Below, in pieces: positions 27,901 to 41,787 of a stretch of DNA of 64,000 nt; the first letter of the stretch is position 1; the number at the start of each line of letters is the position of its first letter. The notes beneath the pieces are model-generated. The model saw nothing but the letters and a program-made list of their open reading frames with translations. It was not told the DNA's origin and did not search any database. This DNA is from the human T2T-CHM13v2.0 reference genome, Homo sapiens: NCBI RefSeq assembly GCF_009914755.1, contig NC_060930.1. One strand, written 5' to 3'. The position numbers and the translations under genes were made by a program.

Positions 27901-30345
27901 TCTTAAAAGGACACATGCTACAAAACTTACTTTGTAGTTCCGACTTAAATATTACTGCGTATTATGTTTGCCATTAGCCTACTTATTAAAACATTAACTA
28001 TAAACACCAGTCTTTCTTCCAGTACAGACTTGTTTTATTCTATTACCTTTCCTGATTCTCTTCTGCTTTCTCAAATCTTAAATAAACTAGCATAAGAATC
28101 TCACTGTAGTAAGTAAGTCCCAAACTCTCCTACAAATACTTTATTTCTCAAAGGCATAAGAAAGAGGTTTTGGTTCTATTGTCTGAATTCCTATAAATTT
28201 GCTTAATATGATTTCAGCAAATTTTTACTGAGTTCTTATTCTGTAAATCACTGTGTGCTTGGTGGTACAACAGGACACTAAGATAAATAGACAGTCCCTG
28301 GCTTCACTAAACTTCCAGTTTCACATTCAAGTTTTAACCACCACAAGTAAAATGCACTGAGAGGTCATTCTCAAAGTGAGAAAGGAGGGAGAAAACAAAG
28401 CAGGCTTTTGTTTTTTTGCTTCTAATCACAATATTTAATTTGAACTTACTTACACTTTCGAAAGGCATGAGATTTGTCTATTTCTCAAAGTAGGGAGGGG
28501 CAAAGATTAAAAAATGCTGAGATACATGGTTTTATGGTTTATGAAATATTTTCATGTCTGTATCTAATTTGAGCCTTACCACAATTAGTAAAAGAGTAGA
28601 TTTTGGATTTAAAACCCAGGGCCTGTGTTCTTTTCATTATACTACATTGTCTTACAATAAACAAAACAAACCAGACAGTCCCCTGCCCCAATTCCACCCA
28701 GAGCACTGTAGATACACATATTCTCTTAGTCCTAACAAACTCAATTCTTGCTAAACATCACTTAAAGGGTAAATTACAATTTTATTTCAAATTTAAGCTA
28801 AATCAGCCAGGTATAATACTTCCGAGTACAGACAATGGACCTTAAATCTAAATCATCTTCACTTTGGAGGCTTTCTCAACTACTGCTTATTTTCCAAACT
28901 AACTTTAAGAATAGTGTATAGTATAGAACATTGCACCCAAATCACTTGGGGAGCTTTAAAAGACACAGATGCTGTAGCTCCAGTTCTTCAAAGCCAATGG
29001 GTCTGAGTGGAGTTTAGGCTTTGGAATGTCTTAGAAGTATCCCAGGTGCATAGTGAGAGCTGAGAACAGTGGTAAAATGGATGAGGAGATCATTAACAGG
29101 ACCCAATAATGGTTTCGTCAATAAATGGAACATTTTCAGAATCTGTCATGATTATGGAGTAAATAAATATTTCCTAATGGAAATTCTAATTTTGGCATTT
29201 AGTAAATTTAACATGGAAGAGGCAGAAATTGAAGTTTTCAGATTGTGGCTTTTATCCACAGCAGATGGGTTACCTGTATCTCTCACTTTAGGTTATCTGT
29301 AGATTAGGCATTGCTTTCCGCCCCCAAGATGCTGAGATGCCACTGTTAGGAGCACAGTCTGTCTGACTGCCACAACATGTTTAATACTATAGTGAAAAAG
29401 GAATTTGGAAACTAAGCCTGCTAAACCAAGCTGAACAAACCCTTTACTAACATCTAGAATCAAGGAACAATAGAACTTTGGAATTGGAAAGTATCTTTGT
29501 GAATTCCTCTGGCCCCATTCTTAATTTAACAGATGAAAAAACTAATGCCCAGAGAGAGTGACCCATCCACAGTCACATGGTTTTCGCCTAGGATTCCTGA
29601 CTCAGTTTAGGGCTTGTTGCAGATGGTTCTGATTCTGCCCAAAGCTATGTGTTTAGCTTCCCCGGCCTTAATGGGGAAAACAGATGCAGGGAAAGAAACA
29701 GTTTTTCTGGATAAAGAACAGCCCTTGGGAGCAGAACAAAAGTGAAGAAACTGGTGGAGTTGGCGGAGGGGCGGTTAGGGGAGGGGGAAGGAAGGAACAC
29801 AACTTAATTATGTCCGAAACAATATAGCTGAGCAGGTAGAGGTCAAGCCATTATAAGCTTTGAGTTCTACCTTGGGCTTTTCTGCTTTATGATTAGCCCT
29901 CCCCTGGAGAATCACTTAATTTTCCTGAGTGCCCAAAATAATAATTCTGATAAATGGACAAAGCATCAAAATAAGATAGATATACATAGCTGAAAGGTTC
30001 TGTGGCAAATGTATGCATCTTTAGGACCTTCAGGGGGTTGATACACCATGTGTTTTCATGGAAGTCTTACTATGGCTATGCTCAGTATCTGATTTTGGGT
30101 TGAGCAAATAATATGGCCTGCGTGGAGCTGTTTGGAGTTGGCAAGTTTGGGTTAAATCAAGCAGTAAAAGGGACGATAAAAAAGATTTGGAGCATACATT
30201 CACCCTCTCCCAAACTACTGTTAACTCCTAATTAACTAAGTATAGAGTATACATGCTCTGTCTCTAGGATGATCTGTGGGCCACAGGAGCTGCCCTGTCA
30301 CCAAGAGCCTGGGGTTTTCCAAATTCTTCACATCTTGGGATGTGA

Positions 30346-30400
30346 GGGCACAGAGGGTTGAGGTTGAAAGGGATGAAGATGGGCACAGAGGGTTGAGGTT
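30346..30400. repeat. 20-bp perfect direct repeat GGGCACAGAGGGTTGAGGTT (30346-30365, 30381-30400)
   Basis: Directly visible. Confidence 0.9.
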
Positions 30401-31855
30401 CTATGCTGGCTTTGCTTTGCTGGGAGAAAAAGGTAGGGAGGTAGTAGAATAAACTAGAAGCAACAGGCTTTCACTAACTCTTACTTGTTAACCTAAATGT
30501 CTGGTTTATTGGAATACTCAGTTGAGCCACCGTTGGGATGGTAGGTACATTTCTGAATTTCATGTATAAATGCTGTTTAGGTCAACTAAATTAGTCCCCC
30601 TCTCTGTCCCACCCCACTCCCAAGCTTTATAGTAAAAATCAGTTGTGCTTCTAACAGGCCTTTTTCAATCTCTCTTCTGGTAGAAGAGAGACTATGCCAA
30701 GTTGTCTCAAACTTAGGTTGTTTCAAATTCAACTGCTCCCATATGTCCGAATTCAGCCCTGGTCTCTGTGAGGTCATTAGATTCTGAGTCTAAGCCCTCC
30801 ATTTGCCTAAGAAGATGACCGTGCTCTGAAAGACATATTGTTTTGCTTTAATACTATAAATCCTGGAAGTTCAGGAGTTTCATATGAAAGCTATGCAATC
30901 GCTTTTTAAAAGATAAAATATGCCCCTTTCTTTGCTGCCCTTGTGTCTGCGTGTGGGCAAGATATTTAATTATAATGAATAAAGCCAAATGGTGGTCTAA
31001 GACTCTTAAAATCAAAGTGGGAATCATGGCTGAATTTCATTAGCAAACATAAATACAAATAGGCACATCTTGTTTGCACCATGCCATGTGACTTTTCTCC
31101 TTTTGATAATTTCATTCTAACTCTGATATTTCAGAGGACCTAAATTAAACCATATGATATATAGCACTGTATAACATGCAAAACTCATCATTAAACATTT
31201 TTCTTTTGTATACTTGCCCTATGTTATAAATATCCTGTCAGAAGCAGAGCCCTGATTTAACAACAGTGGAGGGAGCCCTGCCCTTTAAATAAGAGGTCTT
31301 CTCCGGCTGGCAGAATGGGAAAAAAACATAGTATTAACTCTCATTGTAGTCCATGTAACCCAGAGCCCATAAATCTTGAGGAACTTGTCATTTTATGCCC
31401 GATTTTCCCTAACTCTATGCCAGTCTCTTCTTATTTTATTGAAAATACTAACATTGGACTTTTATAAATTCTTGAGTTATTACCAAGTTGTTTTGGCAGT
31501 CTGAATACAAAAATCTCTAGATTAAATTTAGTTATTAAAAGTTACCATTCATAATTGCCCAAGTCATTTCAAATTATGAGATATATTAAGACTTTTTTGT
31601 TGTTGAGCAAAATAATTAAGTGGCTAATAAATACAACATTGTATTTTAGGAAAAAAAGGTTTTTTGTAAATATTATCTTCAGCAATTTTATGAGACTATG
31701 TATAAATTCTTTCCATGACACTACATGCACTTACATACATCTTTGTTTAATAGTAACTTAACACCAATAATATTAAACTTGTCTTCAGCTACTTTTATAT
31801 TAAAGACAATCAAAACAAATGTCTCAAATTATTCCAAGCTGCAAACACATATAAG

Positions 31856-32023
31856 TAAACATTTTAGGTTCACATACTGTTACCAAAAATTAGAATCAAT
31901 AGTAGGTTTGTAATAGATAACATCAAATACTCTTTTTTTTACAATCTTGGTTTTGTAGTCATGTTACTCAACTGCATTTTCAAGGTCTTAGACAATACTG
32001 ATACAAGATAAAAACAAAAAGAA
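31856..32023 (+). repeat. Local duplication B, copy 1
   Basis: Roughly 90% identical to 32625-32787. Confidence 0.95.
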
Positions 32024-32624
32024 CGGCCAAAAAGTGCCAAATTGGCAGGAGTTAGTAACCCAAATAACAATTGTTTGGGGGCTCAGCTCTAACAACAGTT
32101 AATTCTCATTTCGCTTGAGTAACCTATAACCTCCAGAAGGAAGGGAACTTACTGTTCTGTTTATTTCTGTATGTCTAAGGCATAACCCAATGCATGAAAT
32201 AAATTAAATGCTTAATAAATAGTCATCTAATGAATGAATGAATTTGACTAGCAGGTAGCTTCTTTTCCTCTGGGCAATAATGGGAAATGCTGATGTGCTC
32301 ATCATTAGAGCAGGGGCTGGATAGTCTCAGTTCCTAAAAAGTGGGCTTAGACCACACACTTACCATTTTGCAAGAGAACCATCAGCACCAGTTATTAAGA
32401 AAACTAAATTAGTGACCTTGATAGCCCAACCACTAGCAATGTTGCAAAGCAGTTATTCTGATATTAGGTCTCAGTTCCCACTGGGAGCATTTCTGGGCTT
32501 CTTCTTACTGATTATCAGTCAACAGTGAAAAGTTATGCATCAATCAAGCCAATTGCTTTGTTTGCCAGAAAAAGAATATTCAATTCATCTAAAACAACAC
32601 TGTGAAATTATTTTGTTGAGTCTA

Positions 32625-32787
32625 TAAACATTTTAGGTTCAAATACTCTGTTACCAAAAATTATAATCAACAGTAAGTTTGTAGTAGATAATATAATTTT
32701 TTTTACAATCTTGGTTTTGTAGTCATGTTACTCAATTGCATTTTCAAGGTCTTAGACAATACTGATGTAAGACAAAAACAAAAAGAA
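32625..32787 (+). repeat. Local duplication B, copy 2
   Basis: Direct repeat of 31856-32023, offset about 770 bp. Confidence 0.95.
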
Positions 32788-33042
32788 AATACTGTTGCTA
32801 TGGCCTTCCCCCGCCTTCTCAATGGCCTTTGCCACATTAAAACACCATACAAGGAGTAAGAACACAGATAGCAATAGCTGTTTGCCAATGGTCAACACCA
32901 ATTTGATTGGACAGTAAGTAAATTACAATTAAGGTCTTTAAGAATTCTTTAAAGACAATAAATAAAAAATTATGACAAAAATCAGGAGATGGTAGTTAAT
33001 AATATCAATTACATTCGGTAGCCACCTGAGAAGATATATTTT

Positions 33043-33077
33043 TACACTTGATTTTAGCCAAAAGGCTGAGAAATGAT
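33043..33077 (-). pseudogene. 3'-truncated U2 snRNA retropseudogene (nt 1-35)
   Basis: Reverse complement ATCATTTCTCAGCCTTTTGGCTAAAATCAAGTGTA vs U2 5' end ATCGCTTCTCGGCCTTTTGGCTAAGATCAAGTGTA (31/35); flanked by GAGAAGATATAT / GAGAAGGTGTAT. Confidence 0.9.
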
Positions 33078-33114
33078 AGAGAAGGTGTATGTCTGTATGA
33101 ACCTACTGTCATTT

Positions 33115-33410
33115 TACTTATTCATTCAAAAAACACAGAGTACAAGGTACAGTGGGTACAGCAGGATCACAGATGTGGTTCCTGCCCTCTGTGGTGAACA
33201 GGCTGAGGGGGAAGACACATACTGAATGAGAAATGCCAAAAGTGATGGAAGTTACAAAATGAGAATAGAGTGTAATGGGCTGTGTAAGAGGGCAGTAGAG
33301 GGAGATGGTGGTCATCAAGGAGGTTTCTTGAAGAAGTCACACAGCTGAGATCTGAGTTGGGGACGGGAAGGGGATGGGTTCAGGGGACAAAAAAGTGTTT
33401 TAAGTAAGGC
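33115..33410 (-). mobile_element. L2 fragment
   Basis: TTATTCATTCAA...GTGGTTCCTGCCCTC...TCAAGGAGGTTTCTTGAAGAAGT...GCTGAGATCTGA. Confidence 0.6.
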
Positions 33411-34184
33411 CAAGAGGAGAGAGATCTTGACTTATCTTGTTTCCAAATGCCAATCTATAGGCTAGTCAATAAATGCTAAGTCTGAGACACCAACCCAAAC
33501 TACCTACCACTAAAGAGCTTATCCAAATTCAGGTCCGAGATACTCATAAGCATTCAACCAAGTGATTCTCTTGAATCACTGCTTTAGGGCCTGGCATAAA
33601 CTCTTTATATTAAATTAGAGTACTCTCTGTTGGCATTTATTTCCAAGCTGAACTGCTGTGGACTGACAATAGGGGGGCATGCCTCTTCCATGCCTTTGTG
33701 TCTCTTTCCTTAAAGTTAGGTGTTCTTGAGACACTGTGAACATACTTTTACCTTGTACATATTACACATCTATATTTCTAAAACAGAGTTGTGTTAAATT
33801 TGCCATGGACATTTACAATAATATGCCTTAACCATTCTGAAAATTTATCTCCAACATATCATAAATAACCAAAGTGTCTCCTCTGATGTGAAAGATTAAT
33901 TTGAACAGAGCTATCATATTAAATGACAAGATCCGAGTTGTGGAGCCATCCCAAGTCAGATATATTATTTATGTGGTAGTGACAGTACTCATTTTATTGG
34001 GTATTATTCTAATTAATTCTAAAAGGTGAGCTTTTGGGCTCATGGTAACTAGGATCCTGCACTGGCCCAGATCACCCTTATCACACTATTGTCCAAGTCA
34101 ACTGCCTACTGGTTACATTGTCTCATAAACACAGTGAAAAGGCTTAAGCGCATCAAAAATAAATGTTTGTTTCACTATTATTAT

Positions 34185-34444
34185 TTTTTTTTTTTGAAAC
34201 TGGGTCTCGCCCAGGCTAGAGTGATGTGGTGTGATCATGGCTCAATGAAGCCCCAATCTCCCACACTCAAGCAATTCTCCCACCTCAGCCTCCTGAGTAG
34301 CTGGGACTGCAGGTGTGCACCACCACGCTCAGCTAATTAAAAAAATTTTTTTTAGAGATGAGGGTCTCACTTTGTTGCCCAGGCTGGTCTTGAACTCCTG
34401 GGCTTGAATGATCTTCTTGCCTTAGCTACCCATCATGCCTGGCC
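34185..34444 (-). mobile_element. AluJ (internally deleted)
   Basis: Antisense diverged Alu; TTGTTTCACT repeated on both flanks. Confidence 0.85.
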
Positions 34445-34523
34445 CCTTGTTTCACTTTTAACATAAGTTATTATAATTAAAAATACTTATTAAAAATATT
34501 TTATTACTCAACAGCCAAATTAA

Positions 34524-34879
<356 letters not shown>

Positions 34880-35884
34880 CTACTGAATTAAGAAGTCAGT
34901 TGAAATTCTTGTCCAAACTGGTTGGCAAAAGTTGAGATCAGAGTCATCCTTACAAAAGAATGTGGCTGTTATATTTCAATAACTTTTACTGCGATTTCTT
35001 GAGGACCAGCTGCATAAATTCTACCTTTATGTATTCTATTCATGTAGCAGTCAAATGAAATGTAAACAGGCATTCTATAAAATATAGCCTCAATGTATAA
35101 TCTCTATGCTTAATTCAAGGAATAATTTCAACTAGGTTTTAGGAGAAGGGCAAATGGACCTTCCTCTGTCTCTCCAGTCCAATTGGTGGTGGGAGTGACT
35201 GGGTAAGCTGGTCTCACCACTTTCGGGACTGCCTGGCCTCCTGTGCATGCAGCCAGTCTCTTGTTCAGCAGACCCGTGGGAGGTGAGAGGAGGTAAGCTA
35301 ATGCACAAGTAGCTGCCAGAAGAAAAGATGGGAGAAAAAAGCAAAAGAAATATAGTATTTCAATCAAAGTCTAAAATTTGTAAAAGTGGTTTTGGTCTCC
35401 ATATAGTAAAAATATTTATCCAAGAAACTCCTACTCGGGTGTGAACATCCTACTTCTAGTGGGATTTTGTTTGGCAAAGGTCTGTGAAAGAGTGGAAGCT
35501 AATACAGAACATGTCTATAAACAAATTTATTTAGTTAGTACAGATTGACACATTCACTATAGGATTTCAGCAATTACATGTGTAAAACTATTTCCTATAG
35601 TGGTTTCCTTTTGTGATTTTGCTAATTTATTCAATCTAGGCCATTTTCATGCACTGACTCTTAGAAGCCCTTTAGCCACCCAGGCTGAAATGAACATATG
35701 GAGACTCTATGCCTTCTTTCCAATTCTTTGTGTAAACATAATTATATGGTGATATTAAAGAGTCAAACTTCCAATGAAAAAGTCAAATAAGGTTGCAATA
35801 CCTTAAAACATGATGTTGTCATCTAACTTTGGAGAAGAGAAATTTGAGAGTTTGGCTATGATAATGTACATGAAAGTATTATCT

Positions 35885-36068
35885 CTCTGTCTGTCTCTGT
35901 GATGTGCCTGCTTCCCCTTTGCCTTCTGCCATTATTGGAAGCTTCCTGAAGCAGATGCTGCCATGCTTCCTGTACAGCCTGGAGAACCATGAGCCAATAA
36001 AACCTCTTTTCTTTATAAATTACCTAGTCTCAGGTATTTTGTTATAGCAAGCAAGAATGTCCTAACAG
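35885..36068 (+). mobile_element. MST-family (MaLR) LTR 3' half
   Basis: TTGCCTTCTGCCAT...GAAGCAGATGCTGCCATGCTTCCTGTACAGCCTG...AAACCTCTTTTCTTTATAAATTACC. Confidence 0.8.
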
Positions 36069-36381
36069 ATATTATTATTAGTTGTTATATGAATTAATAA
36101 GTTCCACCTTTTAAACCCTGTTTTAGCCATTATTATATCTCCTGTAATGTCTGACATTTAGATGCTCAATAGGTATTTGGTGAATAGAATTTATTTAAAT
36201 ACTGTTCAAGTTTAGGTAATCCGTGCTATGCTGTGAATATGGTTTTTCCCCACCAAAACTATTTTTTTAAAGCCTCACCAAAACTAATGGTAAGGCTTGG
36301 TCCTCAATGTGGAAGTGTTGGGAGGTGTTTAAAGACACCCACATAGGAGGTGCTGTACTTCTCGTAGCCACTGACCAACAA

Positions 36382-36513
36382 AATATGTAATGATTGAAAG
36401 CCTTCAATAATGTGTTTAAATAAATTTTATTAATCACAATGGTATCTAATATGTAATGACTGACAGCCTTCAATAATGTATTTAAGTAAATTTTATTAAT
36501 CACGATGGTATCT
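36382..36513. repeat. 66-bp tandem duplication (2 copies)
   Basis: AATATGTAATGAYTGAMAGCCTTCAATAATGT...GGTATCT at 36382-36447 and 36448-36513. Confidence 0.95.
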
Positions 36514-36654
36514 ACATACCACTGAAAAACATAAAGAAAAATCAGTTATTCTCCCTACAGACAATGCTTAATGCATCTTTGGGTCTGCAGATGTCCCATT
36601 GTAAGCATAAGGCTCTTGGGGAACTCAGGTTTGGAAACGCCTCTCTGGCCTACT

Positions 36655-36960
36655 TTTGCTTATTCATTTGTTCATTCACTCATTTACAAGTATTTATTAA
36701 GTGCCTATGACATGTCAGGCACAGTTCTTAGTGCTGGAGATGTATCGTGAATACATGTGAATCCACTAAATCTTACTTTCTAGTGAGGTATAAGATAGTC
36801 TCTGTATGTGTGTGTGTATATACACACAATGACAGTGGTAAGTGCTATAAAGACAAATAAGGCAGGATGAGGTGACAGAGAGAGATGGGGTGAAGGTGTT
36901 ACCTCTCTGATAAAGTGACATTTAGAGGCCTGAATGGAGGAAGCCATGCAGACACCAGAG
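36655..36960 (-). mobile_element. L2 3' fragment
   Basis: TTCATTCACTCATTTACAAGTATTTATTAAGTGCCTAT...TGTCAGGCACAGTTCT. Confidence 0.75.
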
Positions 36961-38109
36961 TGCAGATGGCCTATTAATGGACAGCAGAGTGTGGGTGCTG
37001 AAATTGTGTTTAAAAGGAAGGCTTTGATAGGATGCTGGGAACATTGAGAATGACTTGTCTTTCCAACATTTTTTTCTGTGTATATTCTCTGTGAAATGCA
37101 CATGGTAGGCTCTGAGGAATCAGTTAAACAGTCATGGTTCTTATTACACAGGAGTCTCACTTTGGGCTGGGGGTGGGCAGAGGAAGGAAGTTACTTAGAT
37201 GTCTGTGTGTATCATGTATATGTATACATGCATATTGGATTTAGAAATATAAATATTATTCATTAATAAATAATGTTTATTAACATTTATTTAGAAATAA
37301 ATGTTTCCTCTACAAAAACAGGTAAGTGGTATCAGTGTCAGGACATGAGATCATGAGGCTAGTCAGTGCTGTCCAATTGTCTTGGGATTATTTCAATATA
37401 AAGAAATGAATGGAAAGAGAGTAAGACATTACCAACTATAAATCATTTAAAGGCTTTTCATGCTGTCATATACCTATTTTTTTTTAAAAAAATGCTTACA
37501 TGATACATAAAGATAAGAAAGATTATTTTTTAAAATACCAGTGATATAAGAGCAGTTTGATGGTCTGTGCTTTGACACAAGGGGAACATGATTACAGACA
37601 GGCCTATTTATCCAGTCTCCTGTGAGACAGAAGGGACCATTTATTACATTACTATATATCAGCACAAGATTATGGTGGTGACTATGAATACATGCTCACA
37701 TCAGAATGAATCATAATAAATGTTAATGATGTCACTTGTTTTCGGTGGGAGCAAAAAGACATTGCTCAATGAAAAAGACCCACGTCTACTGACTTTTGAA
37801 AAGAAACATACTGTTACGTGGAAGGGAATTATCACCTGGGCACATTGTGGCTACCCAAATGTCCATCCACTGAAGGGAGACTGGATAAAAAATATCCAAT
37901 ATTTCTAGAAATTTTAGAAATAGTAAAAAAATAAAAGCCTAGTTTCAGGACACATGCAATTCAGTGTGCTGACAAAAAACCTTTTTGGTAGCAGCAAATT
38001 ATTATAAATTGTTTTATATCGGTGCTTTAAGTGATATACATGAAGAAGCATTAGAAATTTCAAAATGAGTTGTGTATACATACACAAAAATAGACAGGCA
38101 AGAACAATG

Positions 38110-38786
38110 GTGCTGTACAATCTGATAAAAGACATACATAAAAACCCCACAGCTAACATCAGTCTTAGTGGTGAAAGTCTAAAACAATTTCTCCATAAGA
38201 TCAGGGATAAAGCAAAGATATCTACTCCCACTGCACCTATTTCACCATTAATACCAGCTGAAATAAGGAAAGAAAACAAAAGGCATACAGATTGGAAGTG
38301 CTGAAATAAACTGCCAGTATTCACAGACAATAATACAATTGTTTACATAGAAAATACCAAAGAATCTACAGAAAACTTACTGGAACTAGAGAGTTTAGTA
38401 AGGTTATAGGCTATAAAATCAACACCAGAAAAAAATAAACTTTATTTCTATATCTAGCAGTGAACAAGAAGAAAAAATTAAGAAATTAAAATGGCATAAA
38501 AACATAATATTAATTAGGGGACTCTTAAAATATGTGTAAGACCTGTACAATGAAAACTACAAAACACTACAGAGGAAAAATTTTAAATATTAATATATAA
38601 GTGGAGAGAGATACTGTGTTAAGGGATCAGAAGACAATATTGTAAAGATATTTTTCCATAGACTTATCTATAGAGTCGGTGTAATTCTTTTCTAAATCCT
38701 ACCAGGCTTTTCTGTAGAAAGTGATAAACTGATTCCAAATAAAAACTCAAAGGACCTTGAACAGCCAAACACACACACACACACAC

Positions 38787-38817
<31 letters not shown>

Positions 38818-39778
38818 TGCACAGAAAAAGAACAAAGTTGGGAGGAGGCACACTACCTAATTTTAAAGCTAAAGTAATCAAGTCAGTATGGTATTGGCAC
38901 AGATAGAAATGCAGATCAGTGAAACAGATGAGAGAGTCCAAATAGACCTACACGTTTTTGGAGTATTTATTTTCAGCATAGGTGCCAAGATAACTCAATA
39001 GGGAAAGGACAGTCTTCAATATATGATGCTGGAACAACTGGACATCCATATGCAAAAAAGTGAACCTCGATTCTTACCCCATACCATGTACAAATATTAA
39101 CTGAAAATGAATCACAGACCCAAACACAAGTAACCATAAAAATTCTAGAAGAAATAGGACAAAATTTTTGTGCCCTTATAAGCAAAGCTTTCTTAGCTAA
39201 CATACTTATCTGTAAAAAAAAGATCGATAAATCAGACTATGTCAAAATTACCAACTCAAGAGAAATGAAAACATGTCCATGTTTTATAGGTGAACATTTA
39301 TATATTTTTATGTAAACTTTATTCCTAATTGCTCAAAACTGGAAATATCCCAAATGTCCACTACAAAGAAACCAAATGCGGTACACCCATAGAAGGGAAC
39401 ACTCTTCAGCAATAAAAAAGGAATGTATTATTGATATATGCAATAACACAGATGAACTTCAAATGCATTATGCTAAATGAAAAGAAGTCAGACTCAAAGG
39501 GGTACATATATACAATTTGCATTTGTATGACATATTACAAATGGGAAAATTATAGGGTCAGAAAACACATCAGTGATTGACAGAGCTATGGATGGTAGGG
39601 GTAGAGGACTGACTATAATGAGATGTCAGGACATCTTTTTTGCAGCAATGGAAATGCTCTAATATTTTAATTGTGATGGTGGTTTTATGGCTATATACAT
39701 TTGTCAAAATCATCAAACTATATATTTTAAAAGAATGAATTTTATTGTATGCAAATTATAACTCAGTAAAATAAAACA
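38110..39778 (+). mobile_element. Old L1M (MC/MD-like) 3' portion: decayed ORF2 plus 3' UTR
   Basis: ORF 38065-38304 contains NLIKDIHKNPTANISLSGESLKQF, similar to L1 ORF2 RT ([23 protein letters not shown]); 3' UTR ends TATGCAAATTATAACTCAGTAAAA. Confidence 0.88.
38769..38817. repeat. (CA)n microsatellite, about 24 units with one interruption
   Basis: Directly visible. Confidence 0.97.
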
Positions 39779-40314
39779 ACAAAACCCCCCCCACAATAAT
39801 GCTTTTGTTGGAGATGGTCAGGATTTGTACATCACAGGCAGGATGTACTTGTTTGGACTTGAACAGTACTAGAAATGAAACACAGCACTTAGTAAGTTTC
39901 CAAGTTGTTAGTTTTCTACATGGCAGCACACTACATGTTCATTAGAAAGTCCCAGTTGAATAGAAAAATTATATGACTAGAGTTCCTTAAGACCAAGGTA
40001 AACTGTGTATATAATTATACAATAAATTCCATTCATTTTGGCAAACATTTATTGAATGCTTACTAGTACCAGACACTGGGGTAGAAACTGAGTGGGAGAA
40101 AAACAGATACGTGAGGCATAAAACAGGGTCTCCTGGGACTCACAGGAGTACATCTAAGCCATCCATTCATAAGCTATCATTGTGAAGTGATATACCAATC
40201 ACTAGACAGCTCTGAAATGGCATTTCTCTATGGAGGGCTTGAATTCTAATTCTGAAGAACTGCTCCTTGATAAAGGTATATGAAGTAGCAGGCTTTCAAA
40301 AACTGTTTTGGTAC

Positions 40315-41039
40315 TGGTATGGAAGAGGGGCAAAGAAGTGCTGGGAAGAGAAGGGTGGGTCCCTGGTGAGGGCTCCACCCTAGGGCCTGTACCCACAGAC
40401 CTAGGTGAGGACAGGCACTTCTGCCCAAATGTTGCATTTCCCAAGACCACCCTGGTCCACCACGCCCCGATCCTGTGCCTATAAAAACCTGAGACCCTAG
40501 TGGGCACACACACAAGCGGCTGGACATCAAGAGGAACACACTGGCAGAAGAAGACACAAGAGGCTGGATGTCAAGAGGACGTTGAGGGGAGCTCGCTGGC
40601 ATGAGCCCAGGCCACTGAGCAACCCGACACCAGGGGAAAATATCTCCCTTCTGGCTCCCCTATCTGCTGAGAGCTACTTCCACTCAATAAAACCTTGTGC
40701 TCATTCTCCAAGCCCATGTGTGATCTGATTTTTCCGGTACACCAAGGCAAGAACCCTGGGATACAGAAAGCCCTCTGTCCTTGCGATAAGGCAGGGGTCT
40801 AATTGAGCTGACTAACACAAGCTGCCTATGGACGGCTAAACTAAAAGAGCACCCTGTAACACACGCCCACTGGGGCTTCAGCTGTAAACGTTCACCCCTA
40901 GACACTGCCATGGGGTCAGAGCCCACAGCCTGCCCGTCTTTATGCTCCCCTAGAGGTATGGGCAGTGGGGCACTGAACAAGCGAGCCACACCCCCACTGC
41001 ATGCCCTGTGAGGGGGAGAAGGGAATTTTTCCCATTTCA
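40315..41039 (+). mobile_element. Solo ERV1 LTR (LTR1 family)
   Basis: TG...CA termini, 4-bp TSD GTAC, TATAAAAA 40480-40487, AATAAA 40686-40691, LTR1-type start GGAAG...GAAGTGCTGGG...GAGGGCTCCACCC. Confidence 0.88.
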
Positions 41040-41399
41040 GTACCATCCCTGATCCTTTGTCCTTTTCATCACTTTGCCTTCCAACTTTGCACTCACTCTG
41101 CTCTGTAACTTTAGGCTTGTCAATCATGAACTTTTCCTCAACTTAATGCAAAAGGCTAGTTAAGGATACCAACAGTTCGATTTACTAATCTCTTCAAGAG
41201 TTACACTTACGCATATTTCAACAAGCTAACCACACAGATAGTGACAAGAGGCTCAAAGGTAGTTCAGACACCAGACAACCTTACAGTTGAAGGGAGGAAC
41301 CTCAGAGCCCTTCAATAAAGCATGTGCACCAGACTACAGAAGAAACAAGGGAGGTTTTAGAAGGGAAGGAGTGGGAAAAAGGAGGTAAGACCAGGATAG

Positions 41400-41787
<388 letters not shown>

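Noticed and set aside
29762-29792. G-rich tract with a GC box as a possible G-quadruplex or promoter
   Set aside because: Only three runs of 3 or more G and no CpG island; insufficient evidence
38065-38304. ORF with reverse-transcriptase-like residues
   Set aside because: Decayed L1 ORF2 fragment, not an intact RT or a novel retroelement system
40202-41127. ORFs of 103-147 aa
   Set aside because: Antisense readings of the LTR1 element
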